In this document: in pieces, positions 1 through 8,771 of the stretch
How the letters are laid out: each line of letters opens with the position of its first letter
Position numbering within the stretch: the stretch's first letter is position 1
The notes under the pieces: model-generated
Databases searched by the model: none
Told to the model about the DNA's origin: nothing
What the model saw: only the letters and a program-made list of their open reading frames with translations
Made by a program: the position numbers and the translations under genes
Assembly (NCBI GenBank): GCA_023137195.1
Contig: JAGLPV010000005.1
Location: 1 to 63,711, forward strand
Source of the DNA: Candidatus Aenigmatarchaeota archaeon
GTDB taxonomy: Archaea > EX4484-52
Direction of reading: 5' to 3'
Length of the DNA stretch: 63,711 nt

Positions 1-2
1 TT

Positions 3-455
3 ATGAAAGATAAAATTAAAGAAAATAAAGTTTTTTTAGTGCAGATTATATGTGGTATTATTTTTATTTTGCTTGGAATCATTCAAATCCTGCACTATAA
101 GACTATTCAATTTTTTAATGCAGGCTATATTTTAATAGGCATAATGTATATTCTCCTCGCCATTAAAACATCAAAATTGCCAAAAACAGAGACTGTACTT
201 GATGAACGATTTATTAGCATAAGAAATAAAGCAGGTTTTTATGCATTTTTCTCAATCATTATAGTCGTAATGATTTTGTCATTTGTGGATATAATATTGT
301 TATATGATGTAATAGATATTAGTTCATCAGTATTTCTTATTGGTGGCTCTGAAAACGCATTTCCTCTAATGCTCAGATACATATTTATTTCTTCCATAGG
401 CGTTATGATTTTTGTCGGACTCATAGCATATTATCGCAAAAGAGGTATTAAATGA
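3..455 (+). CDS. Membrane protein, DUF2178-like
   Basis: Four hydrophobic segments and a DER...I..KAG motif; stop overlaps the HTH start, a common pairing; the start is at the window edge. Confidence 0.6.
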   Translation: MKDKIKENKVFLVQIICGIIFILLGIIQILHYKTIQFFNAGYILIGIMYILLAIKTSKLPKTETVLDERFISIRNKAGFYAFFSIIIVVMILSFVDIILLYDVIDISSSVFLIGGSENAFPLMLRYIFISSIGVMIFVGLIAYYRKRGIK

Positions 456-658
456 AAACAAGGATAAAAGAACTCAGAGCCAGACACAATTTAACCCAGG
501 AAGACCTTGCAAAAAAATCCGGCGTGAGGCGAGAAACAATTGTATTTTTAGAAAAAGGAAAATACAACCCTTCATTAAAATTAGCCCATGACATCTCCAG
601 GATATTAAAGTCAAAAATAGAGGATGTGTTCATTTTTGAAGAAGAAAAAGCCCAATAA
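452..658 (+). CDS. XRE-family helix-turn-helix regulator
   Basis: [29 protein letters not shown] is a typical Cro/C1 HTH. Confidence 0.9.
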   Translation: MKTRIKELRARHNLTQEDLAKKSGVRRETIVFLEKGKYNPSLKLAHDISRILKSKIEDVFIFEEEKAQ

Positions 659-663
659 CATTG

Positions 664-734
664 AAATTTAATGAAGTAACGACAGAATGCTATAATTTGA
701 GAAATCCAAGTGTAACGAGATTTTCGTTAAATTT
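664..734. repeat. Imperfect inverted repeat just after the HTH stop codon
   Basis: AAATTTAATGAAG (664) pairs with TTTCGTTAAATTT (ends 734). Confidence 0.5.
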
Positions 735-843
735 ATGATATAGTTCTTCTCAAAAATAGAAGAGAAAAAGCAATTAGAATTTCAGAAAGTATCTCTATTA
801 TCGCAAGTGAAAATTTTTTATAGTTTGTGTTTTATATAATACT

Positions 844-1068
844 ATGAAGAATTCAAAACAATGCCCTAAATGTTCATCAAAAAAAATAATTAGAATACCC
901 GGACAAATCGGATCGTTTGGTGTTGGGAATAATATTATGATGGGTGCTTTTATTTTCAATGCAATAAAAATTACCAGATATTTATGTAGTGATTGTGGTT
1001 TTTCTGAAGAGTGGATAGATGGAAAAAAAGATATTGAGAAGTTAGAGAAAAAATACAATCTTTTTTAA
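844..1068 (+). CDS. Small zinc-ribbon protein
   Basis: CPKC...CSDCGFSE. Confidence 0.7.
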   Translation: MKNSKQCPKCSSKKIIRIPGQIGSFGVGNNIMMGAFIFNAIKITRYLCSDCGFSEEWIDGKKDIEKLEKKYNLF

Positions 1069-1178
1069 TTTTTATCTAATGGTCGATTGATGGTGATTTC
1101 TGAATTGAATTTAACATAGACGATTACAGAACAAGCCAAACGCAAAGATATAAAATACTTAATTGACAAACACCAAAT

Positions 1179-1556
1179 ATGCATTTATTATTACTGATTG
1201 GACTGGGAGGATTTGTCGGAGCAATATTAAGATACCTAATCAGCGGATGGATTCAGGCAGGTTTTATTTCTTTTCCTATGGGGACAATGGGCGTTAATTT
1301 CGTAGGAAGTTTTCTGCTGAGCGTGGTGATGTACCTTTCTGAATATAGGGGTTTTTTCAATGATGAAACAAGAATATTCCTTACTATTGGTCTTTTAGGG
1401 GCATTTACAACAATGTCAACATTTAGTTTTGAATCATTTAAATTACTAGAGCAAAACAAAATCTTTTTACTGGGGCTAAACATTATCGGAACAGTAACAC
1501 TAACTCTATTCGGAGTTTATCTAGGAAAATTACTTGTAGTAAATTTATGGAGTTGA
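1179..1556 (+). CDS. crcB: Fluoride channel Fluc/CrcB
   Basis: GGFVGAILRY, GTMGVN..GSF and GAFTTMSTFS motifs. Confidence 0.95.
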   Translation: MHLLLLIGLGGFVGAILRYLISGWIQAGFISFPMGTMGVNFVGSFLLSVVMYLSEYRGFFNDETRIFLTIGLLGAFTTMSTFSFESFKLLEQNKIFLLGLNIIGTVTLTLFGVYLGKLLVVNLWS

Positions 1557-1567
1557 TAAATACAAGC

Positions 1568-1598
1568 AAATTTTTTAACGAAAAATACGAAAAAATTT
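1568..1598 (-). repeat. Lone hairpin module, GTA-N6-GTT loop variant
   Basis: Perfect 9-bp stem AAATTTTTT/AAAAAATTT; minus-strand loop CGTATTTTTCGTT. Confidence 0.5.
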
Positions 1599-1644
1599 TC
1601 ATGTTGTGTCTAAACTTTTAAATACAAGATATAATTTATACACA

Positions 1645-1986
1645 ATGAAAAAAGAATCAGAAACAATCTTATTGAGAATATTCATCGGAGAATCAGATGA
1701 ATACGAAGGGAAAAAATTGTACCGCTATATTGTTGAAATGCTAAAAAAAGAAGGCATTGCCGGGGCAACAGTACTGCGTGGAATTGAAGGATATGGAAAA
1801 ACAAGCCACATCCACACAACATCAATACTAAGACTATCGACAGATTTATCAATAATTATCGAGGTGGTTGACCTGAAAGAAAACATAGATAAAATCAAGC
1901 CAATGCTGAACAAAATTATTAAAGGCGGACTGATTACAGAAGAAAAAGTCAAAATATTGTTTTACGACGGGAACAAAAAAAATTGA
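1645..1986 (+). CDS. DUF190 family protein (PII-like, crcB-associated)
   Basis: LRIFIGESD, GIAGATVLRGIEGYG and LRLSTDL motifs; ATG 1645 preferred over the ORF-track start at 1606. Confidence 0.9.
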   Translation: MKKESETILLRIFIGESDEYEGKKLYRYIVEMLKKEGIAGATVLRGIEGYGKTSHIHTTSILRLSTDLSIIIEVVDLKENIDKIKPMLNKIIKGGLITEEKVKILFYDGNKKN

Positions 1987-2024
1987 ACTCATCCATTACA
2001 CAATGTTAAACATCAAATTGCCGC

Positions 2025-2453
2025 TTACACACCATAAACCGAAAGAACAACAGAACCAGCTATTACCAGCAATAATCCAAGTATTTTAATTGATGTTATA
2101 GCTTCTCCTAAAAAGAATCCTATTAATGTTGCGACCGCTATGCTTCCGCCGATGATTATAGGACCTGCTATAGAAATAGAGAGTCCGGAACCATAAGCTT
2201 TGAGAGCAAAATAATCAATCGCCAGAGCGCAGAATCCGGCAATAACGCAAAAAAATATGCCTTTTGGATGAGTGTATAATACAGTAGACTTAATTTTCGG
2301 CAGCAGGAAAAACAACCCGGTAATAACTGCTGTAAGCGAAACAATTATTGCGCCGAACAAATAGTCAATGTCATTTGCTGCCTGTTGGTGAAATACCGTC
2401 CATACTCCAAAGGCAATTGCGGCAATTATTGCAAAAAATACACCAGGATGCAT
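2025..2453 (-). CDS. EamA/DMT-superfamily transporter
   Basis: Five TM segments; C-terminal FFLGEAIT..KILGLLL..G. Confidence 0.8.
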   Translation of the reverse strand: MHPGVFFAIIAAIAFGVWTVFHQQAANDIDYLFGAIIVSLTAVITGLFFLLPKIKSTVLYTHPKGIFFCVIAGFCALAIDYFALKAYGSGLSISIAGPIIIGGSIAVATLIGFFLGEAITSIKILGLLLVIAGSVVLSVYGV

Positions 2454-2505
2454 AGTTAATTATGGTTGAATATATTTTTAAACATTTGTTACTCTTAAAT
2501 ACATT

Positions 2506-3714
2506 ATGTCTCAATTTTCACTAGAGGGTGTATTCAACGATTATCTAGAAAGCAAGCCGATTTTCAAAAATAAACAGGCATTGACAATATCCTATACTCC
2601 GGATACCATCCCTCACAGGGAAAATCAGATAAGACAGTTGGGCATTATTCTTGCAACAGCATTAAGAGAGCAAAGACCATCAAATGTATTCATTTATGGC
2701 TCCACAGGAACCGGAAAAACGCTCATAACACAGCAGGTTTCCAGTGCACTTAAAAAAAAAGCAGGAGAACTTAATATAAATCTCAAGATACTCTATGTCA
2801 ACTGCAAGATGAAGCGGGTTTCAGACACAGAATACCGTCTTCTAGCATATCTTTGTGAACTCAGCGGTGTCAATGTCGCACCGACAGGACTTGCAACCGA
2901 GCAGGTCTACAAAGCATTTTTCGATTACATCTCAAATTATGACGGAGTCCTGATTGTCATCCTTGATGAGATAGACGAACTTGTAGCCAAAGTAGGAGAT
3001 ACAATTCTTTACAATATGACAAGAATAAATCAGGATTTATCCAAATGCAAATTCTCTTTTGTCGGCATATCCAATAACCTATCTTTCAGCAATGAACTGG
3101 ACGCCCGGGTAAAATCATCTTTATACGAGGAAGAACTGATTTTTCCCCCATACAACGCAGTCCAGCTCGCAGATATCCTAAGGAGCAGAACAGATATATC
3201 CGTTAATGAAGGCATGATTGAGGAAGGCGTAATAGAAAAATGCGCCGCTGTCTCTGCGCAGGAACATGGAGATGCAAGAAAAGCCCTTGATTTAATGAGA
3301 GTTGCAGGAGAGTTAGCCGAAAGAAAAAGCATGGAAAAAATAACAGAAAAACTAGTTGATTTGGCACAGTCAAGAATAGACAGGGACAGGGTTTTTGATG
3401 CAGTAAAGACACAGCCCAAACAATCCAAAATGATTCTCTACACTATAATATCCTGCTTTGAAAGAGAAAGCCAGAACATGCTTACTGGCGATGTCTATGA
3501 CAAATATATAGGATTATGCAAAAGAATCAGCATAAAATCCATAACCCAGCGAAGATTAAGCGACATAATTTCCGAGCTCGACATGCTTGGAATCATCAAC
3601 GCAAAAGTGATTTCAAAAGGCAGATACGGACGGACAAAAGAGATAAGTCTGGCCATTCCAATCTCAACAGCATCAAAAATAAAAAATGCAATAGAAGAGG
3701 AATTTTCATTTTGA
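2506..3714 (+). CDS. cdc6: Orc1/Cdc6 replication initiator
   Basis: HRENQI, Walker A GSTGTGKT, Walker B ILDEID, GDARKA, C-terminal wHTH GRYGRT. Confidence 0.97.
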   Translation: MSQFSLEGVFNDYLESKPIFKNKQALTISYTPDTIPHRENQIRQLGIILATALREQRPSNVFIYGSTGTGKTLITQQVSSALKKKAGELNINLKILYVNCKMKRVSDTEYRLLAYLCELSGVNVAPTGLATEQVYKAFFDYISNYDGVLIVILDEIDELVAKVGDTILYNMTRINQDLSKCKFSFVGISNNLSFSNELDARVKSSLYEEELIFPPYNAVQLADILRSRTDISVNEGMIEEGVIEKCAAVSAQEHGDARKALDLMRVAGELAERKSMEKITEKLVDLAQSRIDRDRVFDAVKTQPKQSKMILYTIISCFERESQNMLTGDVYDKYIGLCKRISIKSITQRRLSDIISELDMLGIINAKVISKGRYGRTKEISLAIPISTASKIKNAIEEEFSF

Positions 3715-3719
3715 TTAAT

Positions 3720-5186
3720 ATGGCAAAAAAAACCAAAATAACAAAGACAGGAAATATCAGCGAGTGGTATTCCTACATCATACAACAGGCAGACATGGCA
3801 GATTACTCGCCTGTTGGAGGGTGCATAGTGATGCTCCCTTATGCAACAAAAATATGGGAAAGCATACAAGGGTATCACAACATAAACCTGAAAAAAAGAG
3901 GCGTGGAAAATGCAAATTACCCTCTTCTTATCCCCCAATCTCTACTGGAAAAAGAGCAGGAGCATATTGATGGTTTCAGTGCAGAGGTAGCATGGGTAAC
4001 AGAAGGAGGATCAGAAAAACTATCAGAAAAACTCGCGATAAGACCGACCTCCGAAACAATCATGTATCATTTTTTTGCAAAATTCATACAAAGTCACGCT
4101 GACATGCCATTAAAACACAACCAATGGTGCAGTATTATCCGATGGGAACAGACCCTGACAAAGCCATTCATCAGGGGAAAGGAATTCTGGTGGACAGAAA
4201 CCCACACATGCCATTCGACAAAAAAAGAGGCAGAAGGCGAAGTGTCCGATGGATTGAAAGATTATGTCAATATGTGCGAAAACCTACTCGCAATTCCCGT
4301 AATACCGGGAAGAAAGCCACAACATGACAAATTCCCCGGCGCAGACTATACGACCGCAATAGAAGCAATGATGCCTGACGGGAAAAGCCTTCAGCTGGGA
4401 ACATCCCACTTATTAGGACAGCATTTTTCAAAGATGTTCAATATAGAATTCCAGGACAAAAACGAGAAAAAAGAATTTGCCTACCAGACAAGCTATGGCT
4501 TTTCAACAAGACTCCTCGGCGGACTGGTACTAGTGCACGGTGATGATGATGGTCTGGTTTTACCTCCAAAAGTTGCCCCACTACCGGTTGCAATTATCCC
4601 TATGTGGAAAACAGAGACAAAAGATAAAATCATAACAAAGGCAAAAAAAATAAAGGAACTCCTTGAAAAACAAAACATTGATGTAGTCCTTGATTTAGCC
4701 GAAGACAAAAGCCCGGGCTATAAATTCAGCAGATGGGAGCAAAAAGGCGTACCTCTAAGAATTGAAATAGGAGAAAATGAACTAAATGACAACACCGTCT
4801 GCTGTGTCAGGCGAAACTGGAAAACACGATTAAACAACAATCCCGACCTAAACAAAAAAGAAATTATTGCCACTGCCGATATTCAAAAGCAAATTCCAAA
4901 AATCCTTGAAGAAATACAAAAAGAATTGCTTTGTGATGCAAAAAAAGAACTGGACAAAAGATACTCTGTCGCAAAAACAAGAAAAGACTTTGACAAAGTC
5001 ATAAAAGAAGCTAATGGATACTGCGAAGCAGGATGGTGCGGAGACGAAAAATGCGATGAACAGATAAAAGAAGAAACAGCCGCAAGAATAGTATTGATTC
5101 CGGACAAGCCTAAAGAGAAACATGCAAAATGCATTGTCTGTGGAAAGCCCGCCAAAGAATCGGTGTTGTTTTCGAGGAAGTATTAA
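3720..5186 (+). CDS. proS: Proline--tRNA ligase, archaeal/eukaryotic type
   Basis: IRPTSET, QWCSIIRWE, F.WTE.H, anticodon domain G.P.RIEIG, C-terminal C..CG Zn motif; ATG 3720 lies 5 nt after the cdc6 stop. Confidence 0.96.
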   Translation: MAKKTKITKTGNISEWYSYIIQQADMADYSPVGGCIVMLPYATKIWESIQGYHNINLKKRGVENANYPLLIPQSLLEKEQEHIDGFSAEVAWVTEGGSEKLSEKLAIRPTSETIMYHFFAKFIQSHADMPLKHNQWCSIIRWEQTLTKPFIRGKEFWWTETHTCHSTKKEAEGEVSDGLKDYVNMCENLLAIPVIPGRKPQHDKFPGADYTTAIEAMMPDGKSLQLGTSHLLGQHFSKMFNIEFQDKNEKKEFAYQTSYGFSTRLLGGLVLVHGDDDGLVLPPKVAPLPVAIIPMWKTETKDKIITKAKKIKELLEKQNIDVVLDLAEDKSPGYKFSRWEQKGVPLRIEIGENELNDNTVCCVRRNWKTRLNNNPDLNKKEIIATADIQKQIPKILEEIQKELLCDAKKELDKRYSVAKTRKDFDKVIKEANGYCEAGWCGDEKCDEQIKEETAARIVLIPDKPKEKHAKCIVCGKPAKESVLFSRKY

Positions 5187-5201
5187 TTTGGTAAACTATT
5201 T

Positions 5202-5936
5202 ATGGTAATGCGCTCGGGAAATCCAGTTTTAAAAAATGACGAAGTATTCAGAAGAGAAGGGTCTGTAAATCCAAAATATGCAATGACCATAGAGGGAACA
5301 GTAAATAAAACATATTTTCTCCTTTTCCTTACCATACTTAGTGCTTCGTGGAGCTGGAACAAGCCTGATTTATTTATGCTGCTCATGATTGGAGGAGCAA
5401 TAGGTGGATTTATCACTGCTATAATAACGATTTTTAAGAAACAATGGTCTGGTTATACTGCACCTGTTTATGTGCTTTTTGAAGGATTATTCCTTGGAGC
5501 AGTCTCTGCTTTAATGGAGCAATTCTACCCGGGAATAGTGGTTCAGGCAATATTTTTGACATTTGGCACTCTTTTTTGCCTGCTCATGGCTTACAAGTCA
5601 AAATTAATCAAAGTGACTGAAAACTTTAAACTCGGCGTTGTTGCAGCTACAGGTGCTATTGCAGTAATATATATTCTAAGTTTCGTAATGGGTTTGTTCG
5701 GCATGAACATCCCTTTTATTCATGAAAGCGGTCTTCTGGGTATTGGATTTAGCTTATTTGTAGTTGTCATCGCTTCATTGAATTTAGTTCTTGATTTTGA
5801 CTTTATTGAAAACGGAGCAAAATCAGGAGCACCAAAATATATGGAATGGTACGGAGCTTTTGGTCTGATGGTTACTTTAATATGGTTGTATCTTGAAATT
5901 TTAAGGTTGTTGGCAAAATTAAGAAACAGGAGATAA
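5202..5936 (+). CDS. Bax inhibitor-1/YccA family membrane protein
   Basis: MT..GTVNKT, LVLDFDFIE.G...GAPKYMEWY.AFGL.VTLIWLYLEILRLL. Confidence 0.9.
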   Translation: MVMRSGNPVLKNDEVFRREGSVNPKYAMTIEGTVNKTYFLLFLTILSASWSWNKPDLFMLLMIGGAIGGFITAIITIFKKQWSGYTAPVYVLFEGLFLGAVSALMEQFYPGIVVQAIFLTFGTLFCLLMAYKSKLIKVTENFKLGVVAATGAIAVIYILSFVMGLFGMNIPFIHESGLLGIGFSLFVVVIASLNLVLDFDFIENGAKSGAPKYMEWYGAFGLMVTLIWLYLEILRLLAKLRNRR

Positions 5937-7154
5937 TTACTTATCAGCAATAATCTCAATCATATCCTTGTCTTTTAAGACATAATCCTTTCCTATGACC
6001 TGCTTTGTTTTCACATTGACCGCACGGATAAATTTCTCCCCAAAATCAGTATGAATCTTGAATGCAAAATCAAGGGCTGTAGAGTCTCTCTTCATTAAAA
6101 ATACATCGGGCAGAACATTGCCTTTTTTGTCGCAAAGTGTTTTTGTCCCGGCAGGATAGACACAGATGTAGTCAAGCTTGTCAAATACAGCATAATTCAA
6201 TATATTCAAAACACCTGTTGAGTCAAAGACATTCATTATGTCTTTTATCTTGTCCAGCGCCTGTTTTTGTTCGGAGGACAGTAAAGAGATTTTGTCTTCC
6301 TTTATTTTGAAGTCAGAGTTACCATATAAATAATCAACAATTCCTGCTTTCTGGGCATTCCTTAAAGCAAGTTCTCCTTCTGCAAAAATAGGAACAACCC
6401 TGCTATCGGTTGCAGATTGAAGTTCTTTTAATTTTTCTTTTGTCTTTTCGATGCCGTATTTTCCTATAAGTTTGTCTATCTTATTTGCGCCGATGATTAT
6501 AGGCTTGGTCTTTTTTCTTGCTTCTATTACGAACTGGTCTATCTGATCATCTGTCCATTCAATGAGATTATCGCTAAAACCCAACCGTTCATATATCTCC
6601 ATCGTATCTTCTTCTTTTAGGTTGATATTTGACAATTGCTTAGTCAATGCTTCAATTCCTTTTTCTTTTTGCATATGCGCTGTCCTTACAAATTTTCTCC
6701 AGTTTTTTTTGATAATCCCTATCAACCATAAATCTATTTCCTCTTCCAGAAATTTTATGTCATTTACTGGGTTGTGAGAGCCCATTTCTACGCTGTCTCC
6801 TTTTTCATTTGTGCTTCCTGAGACATCTACTATGTGGATTAGAGCATCGCAGAATATTAAATCATTCAAGAATTGGTTTCCCATCCCTTTGCCCTCGTGA
6901 GCTCCGGGAACTAAACCGGCGACATCTACCAGTTCTATTGGGATATATCTGTAGCCGTCTGTGCAAAAGCCTGTTCTTGGGTTGCATTGTTTTTCCACTT
7001 CTTTGCAGACGCATTTTATTCTGGCATATCCTGCACCGACATTGGCTTTGATTGTGGTGAAAGGGAAATTCTGGATATCTACATCTTTTAGGGTTGATGC
7101 TTTGAAGAATGTGCTTTTGCCTACATTTGGTTTTCCAACTACGCCAATTTTCAT
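5937..7154 (-). CDS. ychF: YchF/OLA1-related archaeal translation-associated GTPase (Obg family, TGS domain)
   Basis: GKPNVGKS, FPFTT, DVAGL, NKID, C-terminal TGS (A..IHTD); start MKIGVVG at 7154. Confidence 0.92.
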   Translation of the reverse strand: MKIGVVGKPNVGKSTFFKASTLKDVDIQNFPFTTIKANVGAGYARIKCVCKEVEKQCNPRTGFCTDGYRYIPIELVDVAGLVPGAHEGKGMGNQFLNDLIFCDALIHIVDVSGSTNEKGDSVEMGSHNPVNDIKFLEEEIDLWLIGIIKKNWRKFVRTAHMQKEKGIEALTKQLSNINLKEEDTMEIYERLGFSDNLIEWTDDQIDQFVIEARKKTKPIIIGANKIDKLIGKYGIEKTKEKLKELQSATDSRVVPIFAEGELALRNAQKAGIVDYLYGNSDFKIKEDKISLLSSEQKQALDKIKDIMNVFDSTGVLNILNYAVFDKLDYICVYPAGTKTLCDKKGNVLPDVFLMKRDSTALDFAFKIHTDFGEKFIRAVNVKTKQVIGKDYVLKDKDMIEIIADK

Positions 7155-7293
7155 AAGGTTATGTGGGGGATAATATTTTAAATTGATGATGGTAGGGTGA
7201 GGTTTTGTGTTCAATTGCTGAGTAAGCAAATTTATTTCATCAACCTATCTTTTTTTAAATACATTTATATATCTTAATGAAGTATTTATCAAT

Positions 7294-8274
7294 ATGTCTA
7301 TAAAAAATGATTCTTTAGCAATCTTAAAACATTTAATTGAAAAAAAGAATTCAAATAGTGTTAATATTATATCTTATTTTGAATTCGAAAAGGCTAGAAC
7401 AGATGAAGCACTAGAATATCTCGAACAAAAAGGTTATATTACGGCAAAAAAAATGTATGATGGCAATTGGCGTTTTATAAAACCAACTAGCCTTGCCATT
7501 GATTATTACGAAGAACTAACGAAGGAGGAAAAGAAAAAACAAGAAAAACATACTCAAGCCAATGAAGATATTATTAAAAAAGAAACATTAGATCAACTAT
7601 CTAGGATTGAAAGAAATATTAATATATTGCATAGTAGAAGATATCGTGAAGTAAATTACAACACCTCCCTTTATCCTCTAATCATCGCCTCTTTTATTGC
7701 AATTGGTTTTACAAGTCTTGTTGAATTCCTAAAAATAATTTTACCTTTAAAATACGAACCAATATTAAGATGGAGTTATTATTCTTTGATGTTTATTTCT
7801 ATTCTTGTTATTAGTAAGATGTCCGAAAAAATGCGAAAAAATTTAGAAGTGGACGACTATGTTGTATTGTTAAAAATCAAAGAAGATAATAAAAACTATG
7901 ATTTACTTAAAAACATAAGAAAGATATTTGAAGATAATGATCACCAGTTATTCAAATTCCGACCTACTTTTGAAGGCATTCTTTTGAATTCAATTATCTT
8001 TAAGATGAAATCAATAGATAAATCTATTGATATTGATAGGAAAGAACAGATATTAAAGGATAAATTCAATAAAGAAACAAAAAAAGTATATTATGAATTT
8101 AAGTATATCAATCGTAGAGGGATATTTTCTTCATTTACTCTAGATTTAAAGAAGTTGAAATTAAAAATTGAAATAGATAAAGGAACCGATTACAAAATTG
8201 CAAATAAAATATATGATACGATAATGAAATTAAATAAATTTGATTTGATTGAAAAATCAGGATGGAATCACTAA
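7294..8274 (+). CDS. Hypothetical protein: N-terminal winged-helix-like segment, coiled coil, two TM helices
   Basis: 326-aa ORF, very AT-rich; EALEYLEQKGYI...KPT resembles a wHTH. Confidence 0.6.
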   Translation: MSIKNDSLAILKHLIEKKNSNSVNIISYFEFEKARTDEALEYLEQKGYITAKKMYDGNWRFIKPTSLAIDYYEELTKEEKKKQEKHTQANEDIIKKETLDQLSRIERNINILHSRRYREVNYNTSLYPLIIASFIAIGFTSLVEFLKIILPLKYEPILRWSYYSLMFISILVISKMSEKMRKNLEVDDYVVLLKIKEDNKNYDLLKNIRKIFEDNDHQLFKFRPTFEGILLNSIIFKMKSIDKSIDIDRKEQILKDKFNKETKKVYYEFKYINRRGIFSSFTLDLKKLKLKIEIDKGTDYKIANKIYDTIMKLNKFDLIEKSGWNH

Positions 8275-8459
8275 TGGAAAAACAAAGTTATGGAATATTA
8301 TTGACGGCAATATCCTATGCAATATTTCTAGCATTCTTAATATCTCTATTTGTAAATTTGGTTGTTCCTAGAGAATTACTCCGTAATTCTACTGTTTTAA
8401 TAATTCTATCAATAATACCTCTACTTCTTATATTTTATATGCATTCTAAGACCGTATAA
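8262..8459 (+). CDS. Small hypothetical membrane protein (2 TM)
   Basis: Two hydrophobic stretches; overlaps the upstream ORF. Confidence 0.5.
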   Translation: MESLMEKQSYGILLTAISYAIFLAFLISLFVNLVVPRELLRNSTVLIILSIIPLLLIFYMHSKTV

Positions 8460-8481
8460 ATTGTATGGATTATCTCAATGC

Positions 8482-8696
8482 GACTTTTCTACATTCTTAC
8501 AAAAAATACGGAAAATTCTGTTCTTTACGCTTACGAGTATTTTCTGCATCCCTACGAAATTTACATGCAGAAAATAACCATGAAAATCGCTGGGCTTACA
8601 AGCAATACCGCGCTTTTCAAGGTGTTTCGGTGCTCACTGCGGAATTTGCTCTCCTTACAGGTTATACGGCAAATTCCTTTGTTCACTACCGAAACA
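8482..8696 (-). repeat. tRNA-trailer structured element, copy A (four GTA-N6-GTA hairpin modules)
   Basis: Starts at the base after the tRNA-Gly discriminator; near-identical to 43608-43772; hairpins at 8641-8677, 8582-8618, 8538-8576 and 8482-8518. Confidence 0.85.
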
Positions 8697-8767
8697 TGCA
8701 CTAGCCGGGAATCGAACCCGGATCGTAAGCTTGGGAAGCTTAAATTCTACCACTATACCACTAATGC
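8697..8767 (-). tRNA. tRNA-Gly(CCC)
   Basis: Acceptor GCATTAG/CTAGTGC+A, anticodon arm TAAGC-TTCCCAA-GCTTA, GGTTCGATTCC T-arm; no intron, CCA not encoded. Confidence 0.96.
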
Positions 8768-8771
8768 ACAA

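Noticed and set aside
1069-1178. Fluoride riboswitch upstream of crcB
   Set aside because: GATGGTG is present, but the following TTCGCC-type pairing and the TAATGACTCCTAC-like 3' motif are absent.
2454-2505. Replication origin next to cdc6
   Set aside because: Only 52 bp intergenic and no ORB-like TCCA..GAAA repeats.
3516-3719. N-terminal extension of ProRS in the ORF track
   Set aside because: It overlaps the cdc6 3' end; ATG 3720 gives a normal-length protein.
8465-8704. Paralogous small proteins (HENRWAY..YRAFQGVSVLTAEFAL) at 8465-8704 and 43524-43799
   Set aside because: They are antisense translations of the tRNA trailer; a 10-nt loop indel shifts frame between copies, and both ORFs run into the tRNA genes.
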